A DNA stretch of 52,685 nt from a virus (Duplodnaviria > Caudoviricetes): positions 1 through 52,685 of the IMG/VR virus record IMGVR_UViG_3300025687_000060; one strand, given 5' to 3'. This document shows positions 35,470 through 45,362 of this stretch, piece after piece (position 1 is the first letter of the stretch; every line of letters starts with the position of its first letter). Made by a program: the position numbers and the translations under genes. The notes under the pieces were generated by a model. It was not told where the DNA came from. It worked only from the letters and a program-made list of their open reading frames with translations, and did not search any database.

Positions 35470-35506
35470 GTTTTAGAAAAAATGAATCTTCTTACGAGGA
35501 ATAAAA

Positions 35507-37903
35507 ATGTCGCTTAACTTAGTATCACCTGGCGTCAAGGTAAGAGAAGTTGATTTGACTATTGGTAGAGTAGATGCTGCTAACGATCAAGTTGGCGCTA
35601 TTGCAGGACCATTTGCAAAGGGTCCAGTAGATGTACCTATTCTAATTGAAACGGAACAGGATCTTCTCAGAACTTTTGGTAAGCCAATTTCTACAGACGC
35701 ACAGTATGATTACTGGTTAAGTGCGTCGTCATATCTCTCATACGGCGGAATCCTAAGAGTTCTCAGATCTGATGGTTCCACTCTCAATAACGCAAACGCT
35801 GGCGTAAGTGCAGACTCAGTGACTTTAAAGGTCAAGTCATACGAAGACTACGTAAATGACTATAGTACTGCAACTACCTGGTCATATGCCGCTAAGAACC
35901 CAGGAAGATGGGCAAATAACTTAAAAGTCTGCACTATTGATGGATTTGCAGATCAGACTATATCTGGAATTGATACATCTGCAATTTCTGTTGGATTTGC
36001 GGTAACTCAATCTATTGAAGGGAGAATTTCCGCTGGTGCTGGATCAACTAGCACTTATAGTGGTTACATTAGATCTATTGTTACTGGAATTGGTCAAAGT
36101 GAAATCTACGTAAAAGTAACGGATAGAGTTTCAGGTAATGATTCTGTTGCTGCAGAGTATTCTCAAGGAGGATCATTATCAATTCTGGCTCCAACAACAA
36201 CAACAGTTACCACTACAGTTGGTGTAGCAACAACCGCTGGTGTAATTGATGCTGCATTTGACGTTTCAATTAGTGGAATTACTACAACTGGAATTCAAGT
36301 AGGTGACGCAGTTGCCAGCACTGGTGGCAACTCAACTGTTCCAGCAGGAACTACTGTTGCTGCAGTTGGAGTTGGTACAATTTTTGTAGATAGAACTATT
36401 ACTGGAATTAGTACCGCTGGCGATGGTGCTGTATTTACATTTACAAGATCATCTACTACTTCCACTCAAGCAAATACAATCTCTGTAAGTGATAACACTG
36501 GAACAGGTGCCACATCGTTTACATCTGCAACAGTAAATGATTGGTATGATCAACAAACTCTCGGATTAACCAATTCAACCGTATACTGGAAGAGCATTGC
36601 CGAGAAACCAGGAACCTCACAGTACGCTTCCGAAAGAAGTGCAGCAAACGACGAAATTCACGTTGTCGTCGTTGATGATACTGGCGCAGTCACTGGTTCA
36701 GCAGGAAACATTGTAGAGAAGTTTACCTATCTCACTAAGTCCTCAGACGGATTAACTTCACCAACTGAGTCAGTATACTACAAAGATTATCTGGCAAGAA
36801 TCTCTGAATATGTTTATGCTGGTGCTGCTCCTGCTGGAATTGCTGGTGGATTAACTGCTGGTAATTCTAACTCTTTCAATGTATCGGGAATTGGTAACTG
36901 GGGTACTGCTGCACAAGGAACTAAGTTCGCAGTTGCAGGAGCAAAAACTTACAACCTCGTTGGTGGTGAAAACTACACTGCAAGCGGTGGTTTCGCTGCA
37001 ACTCTTGATAATATCGTTTCTTCTTATGAGGTTCTTAAGAATCCAGCAGAGTATAATGTAAACTTCCTGATCAACGGACCTTCTGGTGGCGACACAATTT
37101 ATGAGTCACAAGCAAAAGCAAATAAACTGATTGAAATTGCAAACCTGAGAAAGGATTGTATCGCTTGCATCTCACCACATAGAGCAGGAGTTGTTAACGT
37201 AGCAAACTCCGATACACAAACCAATAATATTATTGCCTTCTTTGATGGACTGACCTCCTCATCTTATGCAGTATTTGACTCTGGTTATAAGTATATGTTT
37301 GACAGATTTAACAATCAGTTCAGATACATTCCTTGCAATGCTGACGTTGCAGGTCTTATGGCAAGAACCTCAATCAACCAGTATTCTTGGTTCTCACCTG
37401 CAGGTTCGTCAAGAGGAGCAATCAACGGTGCGGTCAAACTCGCATACAACCCATCACAAGCACAGAGAGATCTGATCTATCCTAAGAGAATCAATCCAGT
37501 TATTGCTTCTCCTGGTTCTGGAATTATTCTCTTTGGTGACAAGACTGGTCTTTCATATGCTTCTGCATTTGACAGAATTAACGTTCGTCGTTTGTTCCTT
37601 ACTATTGAAAGTTCGATCGAAAGAGCGGCAAGAGACCAACTCTTTGAGTTTAATGATGTTATCACAAGATCTAATTTTGTAAACATTGTCGAACCATATC
37701 TTCGTGATGTTAAGGCGAAGAGGGGAATTAATGATTTCATCGTAATCTGCGATGAGACAAATAACACTCCTGACGTTATTGACTCTAACCAGTTTAGAGC
37801 AGACATCTTTGTCAAACCCGCAAGATCCATTAACTTCATCGGTCTTACCTTCGTTGCTACCCGCACGGGCGTAAGTTTTGAAGAAGTCGTTGGTAACGTT
37901 TAA
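35507..37903 (+). CDS. gp18: tail sheath protein gp18
   Basis: SPGV.VRE.DL, WFSPAG..RG, FDRINVRRLF, KPARSINFI.L.F. Confidence 0.97.
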   Translation: MSLNLVSPGVKVREVDLTIGRVDAANDQVGAIAGPFAKGPVDVPILIETEQDLLRTFGKPISTDAQYDYWLSASSYLSYGGILRVLRSDGSTLNNANAGVSADSVTLKVKSYEDYVNDYSTATTWSYAAKNPGRWANNLKVCTIDGFADQTISGIDTSAISVGFAVTQSIEGRISAGAGSTSTYSGYIRSIVTGIGQSEIYVKVTDRVSGNDSVAAEYSQGGSLSILAPTTTTVTTTVGVATTAGVIDAAFDVSISGITTTGIQVGDAVASTGGNSTVPAGTTVAAVGVGTIFVDRTITGISTAGDGAVFTFTRSSTTSTQANTISVSDNTGTGATSFTSATVNDWYDQQTLGLTNSTVYWKSIAEKPGTSQYASERSAANDEIHVVVVDDTGAVTGSAGNIVEKFTYLTKSSDGLTSPTESVYYKDYLARISEYVYAGAAPAGIAGGLTAGNSNSFNVSGIGNWGTAAQGTKFAVAGAKTYNLVGGENYTASGGFAATLDNIVSSYEVLKNPAEYNVNFLINGPSGGDTIYESQAKANKLIEIANLRKDCIACISPHRAGVVNVANSDTQTNNIIAFFDGLTSSSYAVFDSGYKYMFDRFNNQFRYIPCNADVAGLMARTSINQYSWFSPAGSSRGAINGAVKLAYNPSQAQRDLIYPKRINPVIASPGSGIILFGDKTGLSYASAFDRINVRRLFLTIESSIERAARDQLFEFNDVITRSNFVNIVEPYLRDVKAKRGINDFIVICDETNNTPDVIDSNQFRADIFVKPARSINFIGLTFVATRTGVSFEEVVGNV

Positions 37904-37923
37904 TTCACTAGAGGAAACGATTA

Positions 37924-38559
37924 ATGGCTAACTTAAACATTCCAAACACGAAGGATAGAACCCTTGATGCATTCAAGGGTAGAATGATTGGGGGTGGTGC
38001 GAGACCTAATTTATTTGAGTGTGAATTATACTTCCCCGATGATGCTATTCCCGATTCAACCACAAGAGATGCACTGACTGATAGAAGTAGATTCTTAGTC
38101 AAGGCAGCAAACCTGCCAGCGTCAAACATCGCACCTATCAATATTCCTTTCAGAGGAAGAAACCTGAAGGTTGCTGGTGACAGAACATTTGATCCATGGA
38201 CCGTCACTATCATCAACGATGTAGATTTCACAATTAGAACTGCATTCGAGAGATGGATGAACCTCATCAACAAGCATGAGGACAATGCTGGAATTACTGA
38301 TCCTACTGCATATCAGAAGGATGTATTCGTAAGACAACTCGGTAGATCACCAGTTAATGGTACTCTTCCTTCTTCTTCCGCTCAAGTTCCTGTACTGAAG
38401 CAGTACAGATTCTATGGTGTATTCCCAACCAATGTTTCTGACATCGCACTTTCATACGATAGTTCAGATACCATTGAAGAGTTCACAGTAGAACTGCAAG
38501 TTCAGTGGTTTGATGCTCTTGATCCATCTGGTTCAACCCAGTTGGGAACAGGTTCATAA
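37924..38559 (+). CDS. gp19: tail tube protein gp19
   Basis: GGARPNLF, KAA.LP.S, AGDRTF..W, IEEF.V. Confidence 0.96.
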   Translation: MANLNIPNTKDRTLDAFKGRMIGGGARPNLFECELYFPDDAIPDSTTRDALTDRSRFLVKAANLPASNIAPINIPFRGRNLKVAGDRTFDPWTVTIINDVDFTIRTAFERWMNLINKHEDNAGITDPTAYQKDVFVRQLGRSPVNGTLPSSSAQVPVLKQYRFYGVFPTNVSDIALSYDSSDTIEEFTVELQVQWFDALDPSGSTQLGTGS

Positions 38560-38588
38560 ATAGTAGATAATAGTTCAAACTTTGATTA

Positions 38589-40280
38589 ATGGCTAAATTA
38601 TTTGGTTTCAAACTACCAGATCCTGGGGAAGGCAAGGTTTCTAAAAGCATTGTCTCCCCAGTTCCTCCTAGTGAGGAAGATAAATCAGACTTTTATCTCT
38701 CTAGCGGTTTCTACGGACAATACGTAGATATTGAGGGAGTATATAAAAGTGAACAGGATCTGGTACGTAGATACCGTGAAATGTGTCTGCACCCAGAGTG
38801 CGATAGTGCAATTGAAGATATTGTAAATGAGGCGATCGTATCTGACTCAAACGATTCGCCTCTAGAAATTGAATTGTCGAATTTACCCGCTTCTGATAAA
38901 CTGAAAGAAATCATCAGAAATGAGTTTAAGACTATTAAAAGTCTGATGAACTTTGATAAAAAGTGTCATGAGATTTTCAGGAATTGGTACATTGATGGAA
39001 GAATCTTTTATCACAAGGTAATTGATCTTAAGGATCCTTCCGCTGGAATTCAAGAAATTAGATATATTGATCCATTAAAAATTAGATTAATCCGTAAGGC
39101 AGAGAAAGACGGACAAAATAATCAATCACCTTTTTATGTTGCAAGAAACGGAAAGGATCCAATGAATCCTGAAAGTTATGCAGCACCAGAAATTGAAGAA
39201 TACTATCTCTATGATCCAAATTCTGCATCAAAGAGTAGTGGTATTATACCGAGCAGACATAATAAAGGTTCAGTAAAAATTGCAAAAGATGCAATTACAT
39301 ACGTAACATCTGGTCTAGTAGATAGAAATAAGCAAACTGTTTTATCATATTTACATAAAGCGATCAAGGCACTCAATCAACTTCGAATGATTGAGGATTC
39401 TCTTGTTATCTACAGATTATCCCGAGCTCCAGAGCGTAGAATTTTCTATATTGATGTTGGCAATCTTCCCAAGATCAAAGCGGAACAATATCTCCGTGAT
39501 GTGATGAATCGTTATCGTAATAAGTTGGTTTACAACGCCGATACTGGAGAAATTCGTGATGATCGCAAATACATGGCGATGCTTGAGGATTTCTGGTTAC
39601 CAAGAAGAGAAGGTGGAAGAGGAACTGAAATCTCTACACTTCCTGGTGGACAAAATCTTGGTGAACTTGCTGATATTGAGTACTTCCAAGCCAAACTTTA
39701 CAAATCACTGAATGTTCCTTCCAGCAGACTTGATAGTGCTGGTGGATTTAATCTTGGTCGTTCTTCCGAAATTCTGAGAGATGAACTTAAGTTTACTAAG
39801 TTTGTAGGAAGACTCCGTAAGAGATTCTCTGGTATTTTCAACGATATGTTGAAAACTCAATTGATTCTCAAAAATATTATCACTCCAGAAGATTGGGATT
39901 TACTTGAAGAGCATATTCAATATGACTTCTTGTATGACAACCACTTCTCAGATCTCAAGAAAAATGAACTTCTGACTGAGCAACTTGGAGTAGTTGCTGC
40001 TATGGAACCATACATGGGCAAATACTTCTCTGCATATTACGTCAGAACCAAAGTTCTCAAGCAAACAGAAACTGAGATCATTGAGATTGATAAGCAGATT
40101 GATAAAGAAATCAAAGATGGAATTCTTCCCGATCCAAATGCACCAATTGATCCAAATACTGGATTGCCAATTGAACCTGGTGCAGCAGGAATGGATTTAG
40201 GTGCTCCAATCAATGAACCAAACATAGATAAGCAAGGTGCTGCAACAGAAGTAAAACCTCCAAAAGGAGGAGAGATATAA
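38589..40280 (+). CDS. gp20: portal protein gp20
   Basis: YRLSRAPERRIFYIDVGNLP, EDFWLPRREGGRGTEI; late promoter at 38556-38562. Confidence 0.98.
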   Translation: MAKLFGFKLPDPGEGKVSKSIVSPVPPSEEDKSDFYLSSGFYGQYVDIEGVYKSEQDLVRRYREMCLHPECDSAIEDIVNEAIVSDSNDSPLEIELSNLPASDKLKEIIRNEFKTIKSLMNFDKKCHEIFRNWYIDGRIFYHKVIDLKDPSAGIQEIRYIDPLKIRLIRKAEKDGQNNQSPFYVARNGKDPMNPESYAAPEIEEYYLYDPNSASKSSGIIPSRHNKGSVKIAKDAITYVTSGLVDRNKQTVLSYLHKAIKALNQLRMIEDSLVIYRLSRAPERRIFYIDVGNLPKIKAEQYLRDVMNRYRNKLVYNADTGEIRDDRKYMAMLEDFWLPRREGGRGTEISTLPGGQNLGELADIEYFQAKLYKSLNVPSSRLDSAGGFNLGRSSEILRDELKFTKFVGRLRKRFSGIFNDMLKTQLILKNIITPEDWDLLEEHIQYDFLYDNHFSDLKKNELLTEQLGVVAAMEPYMGKYFSAYYVRTKVLKQTETEIIEIDKQIDKEIKDGILPDPNAPIDPNTGLPIEPGAAGMDLGAPINEPNIDKQGAATEVKPPKGGEI

Positions 40281-40283
40281 ATA
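40276..40283 (+). promoter_or_regulatory. T4-type late promoter
   Basis: TATAAATA overlapping the gp20 stop. Confidence 0.8.
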
Positions 40284-40313
40284 CATTATAGTTTATAATA
40301 TTTTGATTAAAAA

Positions 40314-40520
40314 ATGGACGATTTAATGGACATGATCATTTCTGGTGAATCTTCTCCATCTGAAGTTAGCGATAAAATCAAAGAGATTTTATATACTAAG
40401 TCAGCAGAAAAGATTGATGCAGCAAGACCATATGTTGCCTCTACTCTTTTTGGAGAAGATGAAGTTTCCGACGAAATTGATTCTGAAGAAGATGAGGATC
40501 AACCTGGAGAAGAAGAATGA
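40314..40520 (+). CDS. small acidic protein, positional equivalent of prohead core gp67
   Basis: Between gp20 and gp21, acidic tail. Confidence 0.7.
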   Translation: MDDLMDMIISGESSPSEVSDKIKEILYTKSAEKIDAARPYVASTLFGEDEVSDEIDSEEDEDQPGEEE

Positions 40521-40786
40521 TTATTAGACCAGTATCTGCTTCTGAGGATATTCAAGCAGCAGCAAGTGTAGATGCAACTATTCTTTCGAATACGTTAATT
40601 TATATTGTAAATACAAATAACGCAGCTGCTGGAATCCTAGTTGCAGGATCTACGCCCAGAACCATTTACGTTTCAGCAAACAGTAGCATTGTTATTGAAA
40701 AAGAACATGGTGCTGCATTAGATTCTACTGGACAAGCTGGAATAAGTACACATGTTTGGGCTCAAGCAGTAGCATACACAAATTAA
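40517..40786 (+). CDS. hypothetical protein (possible head-associated)
   Basis: ATGA overlap; C-terminal VAYTN. Confidence 0.75.
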   Translation: MIIRPVSASEDIQAAASVDATILSNTLIYIVNTNNAAAGILVAGSTPRTIYVSANSSIVIEKEHGAALDSTGQAGISTHVWAQAVAYTN

Positions 40787-40791
40787 GAAAA

Positions 40792-41442
40792 ATGAAACTT
40801 ATCCGAGAAGAAGTCGAAACCGTAGATTTTATCGTTGAAGAAAAAAACGGTAAAAAGAGCATGTATATTGAGGGAACTTTCCTTCAAGGCGATATCAAGA
40901 ACCGCAACGGTAGAATGTATCCTATTCAAACTCTCTGCAGAGAGGTTAATAGATACAATGAAATGTATACCAACAAAGGTAGAGCACTTGGTGAACTCGG
41001 TCACCCCGATGGACCAACAATCAACCTTGATCGTGTATCACACAAAATCGTAAAACTTGAGCAAAGAGGTTCAAACATTTACGGTAAGGCGAAACTTCTT
41101 GAAACTCCAATGGGCAAAATTGCCAAATCCCTGATTAATGAGGGAGTAAAACTTGGTGTTTCTTCTCGTGGCGTTGGTTCAATCAAAATGAACAACGAGG
41201 GCGTAAATATTGTTGGTGAAGACTTTATGTTGGCAACCGCTGCAGATATCGTCGCTGATCCTTCTGCACCAGATGCATTTGTTGATGGAATCATGGAAGG
41301 AAAAGAATGGGTTTGGGAAGGTGGAATCCTTCGTGAAAGATTTGCATCCCATACCAGAAACAGGATAAATACATTAGTTGATCAACGTGCTCTTGAAGAG
41401 CACAAACTTCAACTGTTTAATGATTTTCTATCAAATTTGTAA
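40792..41442 (+). CDS. gp21: prohead protease gp21
   Basis: MKLIRE, NRNGRMYP, ALGELGHP, GVSSRG.GS, D.VADPSAPDA; start reassigned to ATG40792. Confidence 0.97.
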   Translation: MKLIREEVETVDFIVEEKNGKKSMYIEGTFLQGDIKNRNGRMYPIQTLCREVNRYNEMYTNKGRALGELGHPDGPTINLDRVSHKIVKLEQRGSNIYGKAKLLETPMGKIAKSLINEGVKLGVSSRGVGSIKMNNEGVNIVGEDFMLATAADIVADPSAPDAFVDGIMEGKEWVWEGGILRERFASHTRNRINTLVDQRALEEHKLQLFNDFLSNL

Positions 41443-41444
41443 TT

Positions 41445-41452
41445 TATAAATA
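41445..41452 (+). promoter_or_regulatory. T4-type late promoter
   Basis: TATAAATA upstream of gp22. Confidence 0.85.
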
Positions 41453-41498
41453 AATATAGTTTTAAAAACTACACAAAGGTTAAAATCGGAGAGTTCAA

Positions 41499-42632
41499 AT
41501 GTCCAGTGGAAAAGATTTACAAGAAATGGAAGTAGGCACTGCTCAATCCAAGACAGCCGTTAACGCTAACGCAAAACCTGGCGATCCAATGCCTTCGGGT
41601 AATGCATCTGGTGTAATGGCACCAGGTCAAACTGGATCTTGGGAAGATCTTGGCGGTCCTACCCCAGAGAATTACAAAGCAGACGACGATTCAGCAAAAC
41701 TGAAGACTCCTGGTGCTTCACTGAAGCAAGTAAGAGATGTCGTCAATTCTAAGGCGGTTAAGGCTGAGGAAGTTGAGGTAGAAGACCAAGAATTAGTTGC
41801 CGAAGAAGAAGTGACCGAAGAGGACGCTCTCCGTAGCAAAGTTGAAGAAGCAATTTCCGAATCAGAAGAAGAGGTTGTTGCTGAAGAGACCGAAGAAGAA
41901 GTCGTTGAACTGAACATTGAAGAAGATGTTGAAGCACTTCTTCAAGGTGAAGAACTCTCCGAAGAGTTCCAGGAAAAGGCAAAAGTTATCTTTGAATCTG
42001 CAATCAATGCTAAAGTTGCAGCAATCAGAGAAGAACTGCAGCAGTCCTACGAAAATGCAATCGTAGAACAAGTAGAAGAATTCAAGAGTGAGATCACCGA
42101 AAGAGTTGACTCATATCTTGAGTATGTTGCTGACGAGTGGATCCAAGAAAATGCACTCGCAGTTGAAGAAGGTCTTAAGACCGAGATGACCGAATCATTC
42201 CTCCAAGGAATGAAGGGTCTTTTTGAAGAACATTATGTAACAATCCCTGAAGATAGATATGATGTACTTGAGAGCATGGTAAATAAACTTGATGAAATGG
42301 AAGAAAAACTCAACGAGCAAATCGAAAGAAATGTTGCTCTAAACAAGAGACTGGCAGAGTCTGTTACCGATGGAATCTTAGGTGAAGTTTCTGAGGGACT
42401 TGCAGTTACTCAGAAAGAAAAACTCGCTTCTCTTTCCGAAAGTGTTGAGTTTGAAAGTGAAGAAGACTACCGTGAGAAACTGGTTACCTTGAAGGAAGCA
42501 TACTTCCCATCAAGAGTAGTTAGTGCTCAAAGAGATTCCGCTGAGTTTATTTCAGAAAACAATTCACAGATCTATTCATCTGGATCCATGAGTGGTTATC
42601 TGTCTGCACTCCAGAGAGTTTCTAAAAAGTAA
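41499..42632 (+). CDS. gp22: prohead scaffold protein gp22
   Basis: Acidic coiled coil, LSEEF..KA..IFE.A, YL.YV..EW..EN; position. Confidence 0.93.
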   Translation: MSSGKDLQEMEVGTAQSKTAVNANAKPGDPMPSGNASGVMAPGQTGSWEDLGGPTPENYKADDDSAKLKTPGASLKQVRDVVNSKAVKAEEVEVEDQELVAEEEVTEEDALRSKVEEAISESEEEVVAEETEEEVVELNIEEDVEALLQGEELSEEFQEKAKVIFESAINAKVAAIREELQQSYENAIVEQVEEFKSEITERVDSYLEYVADEWIQENALAVEEGLKTEMTESFLQGMKGLFEEHYVTIPEDRYDVLESMVNKLDEMEEKLNEQIERNVALNKRLAESVTDGILGEVSEGLAVTQKEKLASLSESVEFESEEDYREKLVTLKEAYFPSRVVSAQRDSAEFISENNSQIYSSGSMSGYLSALQRVSKK

Positions 42633-42682
42633 GTTTTACATTATAAACTAAACCACAAACACTTTTAAAGAGGTAAAATCAA

Positions 42683-44107
42683 ATGCAAATGTTCAATTCT
42701 GAGCATCTGCAGGAGAAGTGGGCACCATTACTTGATTATGATGGAGTTGATCCTATTAGGGATTCCCATCGCAGAATGGTAACCGCTGTCCTGCTCGAAA
42801 ACCAAGAAAAATTCATGACCGAGGAGCGTGCGTTCCTCTCCGAATCACCCACCAACGCTGCTAACGCTGCTGGTGCATCTGGTGCATTCGGTGGTAGCTC
42901 TGCCGCTGGTGGTGCTACCGCAGGTTTCGACCCCGTTCTGATCTCGCTGATCAGACGTTCAATGCCCAACCTGGTCGCTTATGACCTCGCAGGCGTTCAA
43001 CCAATGAACGGTCCTACTGGACTGATCTTTGCAATGCGTTCACGCTACACCAACCAGTCTGGTACTGAGGCACTCTTTGACGAGGCACAGTCACAGTTCT
43101 CTGGTCAGGACAGCGGCTACAATCTGGAGCAAGGTCTTTACACCGCTCAAGCATCTGACGGTGTGTCAGTTGGTTTCGGTACTACTAGTTCCACCAACCT
43201 CGGTTCAAATCCTGGTCTTCTCAACTCGTCAATCTCACAAGCTGAGTACGCAGTTGGTCAGGGTATGCACACTGGCGACGCTGAGACTCTTGGCGACGGT
43301 GTTGGTAATGCATTCAACGAGATGGCATTCTCTATTGAGAAAGTCACCGTTACTGCAAAGTCAAGAGCACTGAAGGCCGAGTATTCACTCGAACTCGCTC
43401 AGGACCTCAAGGCAATTCACGGTCTGAACGCAGAAGCTGAGTTGGCAAACATTCTGTCAACTGAGATCCTTGCAGAAATCAACCGTGAAGTCATCAGAAC
43501 CATCTATAAGGTTGCTGAGCCTGGTGCTGCTGCAAACACCGCAACTTCAGGTATCTTTGACCTGGACGTTGACTCCAACGGTCGCTGGAGCGTTGAGAAG
43601 TTCAAGGGTCTGCTGTTCCAAATTGAAAGAGATGCGAACGCTATCGCCCAAAGAACTCGTAGAGGGAAGGGCAACATGATCCTCTGCTCTGCAGACGTTG
43701 CCTCCGCACTCACCATGGCAGGTGTTCTTGATTACACCCCTGCTCTGAACGCCAACCTCAACGTTGACGACACTGGCAACACCTTCGCTGGTGTTCTCCA
43801 AGGTAAGTATCGTGTATACATCGATCCTTATTCTGCAAACGTTTCTGCTAATCAGTACTACGTTGTTGGTTATAAGGGTTCTTCACCTTATGACGCTGGT
43901 CTGTTCTATTGCCCATACGTTCCTCTCCAAATGGTTCGTGCCGTTGGTCAGGACACCTTCCAACCCAAGATCGGATTCAAGACCCGTTACGGAATGGTTT
44001 CTAACCCATTCGCTGAGGGTTCATTTGCTGATGGTCAAGGTCTTGGTCGTATCAAGGCAAACAGCAACCGCTACTACAGAAGAGTACGTGTTGACAACCT
44101 CATGTGA
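42683..44107 (+). CDS. gp23: major capsid protein gp23
   Basis: GVQPM.GPTGLIFAMR, KSRALKAEYS.ELAQDLKA.HG, FQPKIGFKTRYG. Confidence 0.99.
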   Translation: MQMFNSEHLQEKWAPLLDYDGVDPIRDSHRRMVTAVLLENQEKFMTEERAFLSESPTNAANAAGASGAFGGSSAAGGATAGFDPVLISLIRRSMPNLVAYDLAGVQPMNGPTGLIFAMRSRYTNQSGTEALFDEAQSQFSGQDSGYNLEQGLYTAQASDGVSVGFGTTSSTNLGSNPGLLNSSISQAEYAVGQGMHTGDAETLGDGVGNAFNEMAFSIEKVTVTAKSRALKAEYSLELAQDLKAIHGLNAEAELANILSTEILAEINREVIRTIYKVAEPGAAANTATSGIFDLDVDSNGRWSVEKFKGLLFQIERDANAIAQRTRRGKGNMILCSADVASALTMAGVLDYTPALNANLNVDDTGNTFAGVLQGKYRVYIDPYSANVSANQYYVVGYKGSSPYDAGLFYCPYVPLQMVRAVGQDTFQPKIGFKTRYGMVSNPFAEGSFADGQGLGRIKANSNRYYRRVRVDNLM

Positions 44108-44133
44108 TCCATTAGATCCACAAGGTTATACAG

Positions 44134-44158
44134 GAGGGGCGAATGCCCCTCTTTTTTT
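44134..44158 (+). terminator. Rho-independent terminator after gp23
   Basis: GAGGGGC-GAAT-GCCCCTC followed by T7. Confidence 0.92.
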
Positions 44159-44179
44159 ATCTAAATAAATATAAAACTC

Positions 44180-44386
44180 ATGAAATCATATCAAAATTTC
44201 ATCAGTGAAGCATCTAAAAAAAGATGTCCTTCGGGGAAGTATTGGTGTTTTACTGATAAAAAATGTAAGAATATTCCAGCAGGTTTCATGATAGATCGTG
44301 CAGGAATGTTAGCAAAAGAGAATGGTCACACTCAAGATTCCGAATCTGAGGAGAATGGTAATGGTGGAAATGGAGGAGGAGAATGA
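44180..44386 (+). CDS. small Cys-containing protein, putative internal head protein
   Basis: MKSYQNFISE N-terminus; CP.GKYWC.TDKKC; late promoter at 44161-44171. Confidence 0.75.
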   Translation: MKSYQNFISEASKKRCPSGKYWCFTDKKCKNIPAGFMIDRAGMLAKENGHTQDSESEENGNGGNGGGE

Positions 44387-44925
44387 AACCCTGGACTAAT
44401 CAAATTGATAACAGGAACTATCTTTCTCCTGTAGGATTTAAATTTTCAATTACAAGAGTACCCAAAGCAGACTTCTTTTCAAACTCTGCTTCAATTCCAG
44501 GTATCAATCTTGGATTTGCTCTACAACCAACTTATCTGAAGGACATTCCAGTTCCTGGGGATAAGTTAACATATCAAGATTTCACATTAAGATTTTTTGT
44601 TGACGAAAACTTAACCAACTACATGGAAGTTCATAATTGGTTAAGGGGTCTTGGATATCCAGAAAGTGTCCAAGAATTTATTGATATGAAAGCAGAAAAT
44701 ATATATGATCCGAGTATATCATCTAAGGATCCAATGAATGAGTATTCGGATGCAAGTCTCTTTATCTACAACAGTAATTTTAATGAGATTGCAAGAATAG
44801 ATTTCAAAGATGTATTCCCCGTAAGTCTTTCTACAGTTCAGTTTGACGCAACTGCAGAAGACATTGATTATGTCACTGCAGAAGTCACTTTTAAATACTC
44901 GATATATAATATAGTGGTTTTATGA
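44383..44925 (+). CDS. gp3: tail completion/tube terminator gp3
   Basis: N.LSP.GF.F, PGD.L.Y..F.L.F.VDE...NY; position after gp23. Confidence 0.9.
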   Translation: MKPWTNQIDNRNYLSPVGFKFSITRVPKADFFSNSASIPGINLGFALQPTYLKDIPVPGDKLTYQDFTLRFFVDENLTNYMEVHNWLRGLGYPESVQEFIDMKAENIYDPSISSKDPMNEYSDASLFIYNSNFNEIARIDFKDVFPVSLSTVQFDATAEDIDYVTAEVTFKYSIYNIVVL

Positions 44926-44933
44926 TTTGATTT

Positions 44934-45362
44934 ATGAATCTTGATGAAATTCAAACATTATGGGAAGAAGATTCAAAAATAGACGAAGACAATCTACACG
45001 CAGAGTCTACAAAGATTCCTTCTCTTCATGCAAAATATTATAAAATTTTAAATAATATTCTTCTGCTGAAGAAGATTGAAGAAAACAAATTAAAGCAACT
45101 CAAAAAAGATAAATGGCAATATTACACGGGCAAAGCAGACCCAGAAGTGTATATTGATAAACCATTTGATTATAAAGTCTTAAGGCAAGATGTAGACAAG
45201 TACATAGATGCCGATGAAGATCTTATCAAGATTAGTAGTAAGATTGATTATTACCAAATAATGTTAAATTATTTGGATAGTATCCTAAAAACCATCAATA
45301 ATAGAACTTATCAAATTAAGAATTCTATTGAGTGGCAACAGTTTATAAGGGGTTATAGTTGA
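44934..45362 (+). CDS. uvsY: recombination mediator UvsY
   Basis: W..DS.ID, IP.LH.KY, YY.GKA, R.YQIKN.IEW. Confidence 0.92.
   Translation: MNLDEIQTLWEEDSKIDEDNLHAESTKIPSLHAKYYKILNNILLLKKIEENKLKQLKKDKWQYYTGKADPEVYIDKPFDYKVLRQDVDKYIDADEDLIKISSKIDYYQIMLNYLDSILKTINNRTYQIKNSIEWQQFIRGYS

Noticed and set aside
33548-44107. Introns, inteins or homing endonucleases in gp17, gp20 or gp23
   Set aside because: ORFs are continuous and of normal length; the CxxC protein after gp17 has no recognisable HNH catalytic motif
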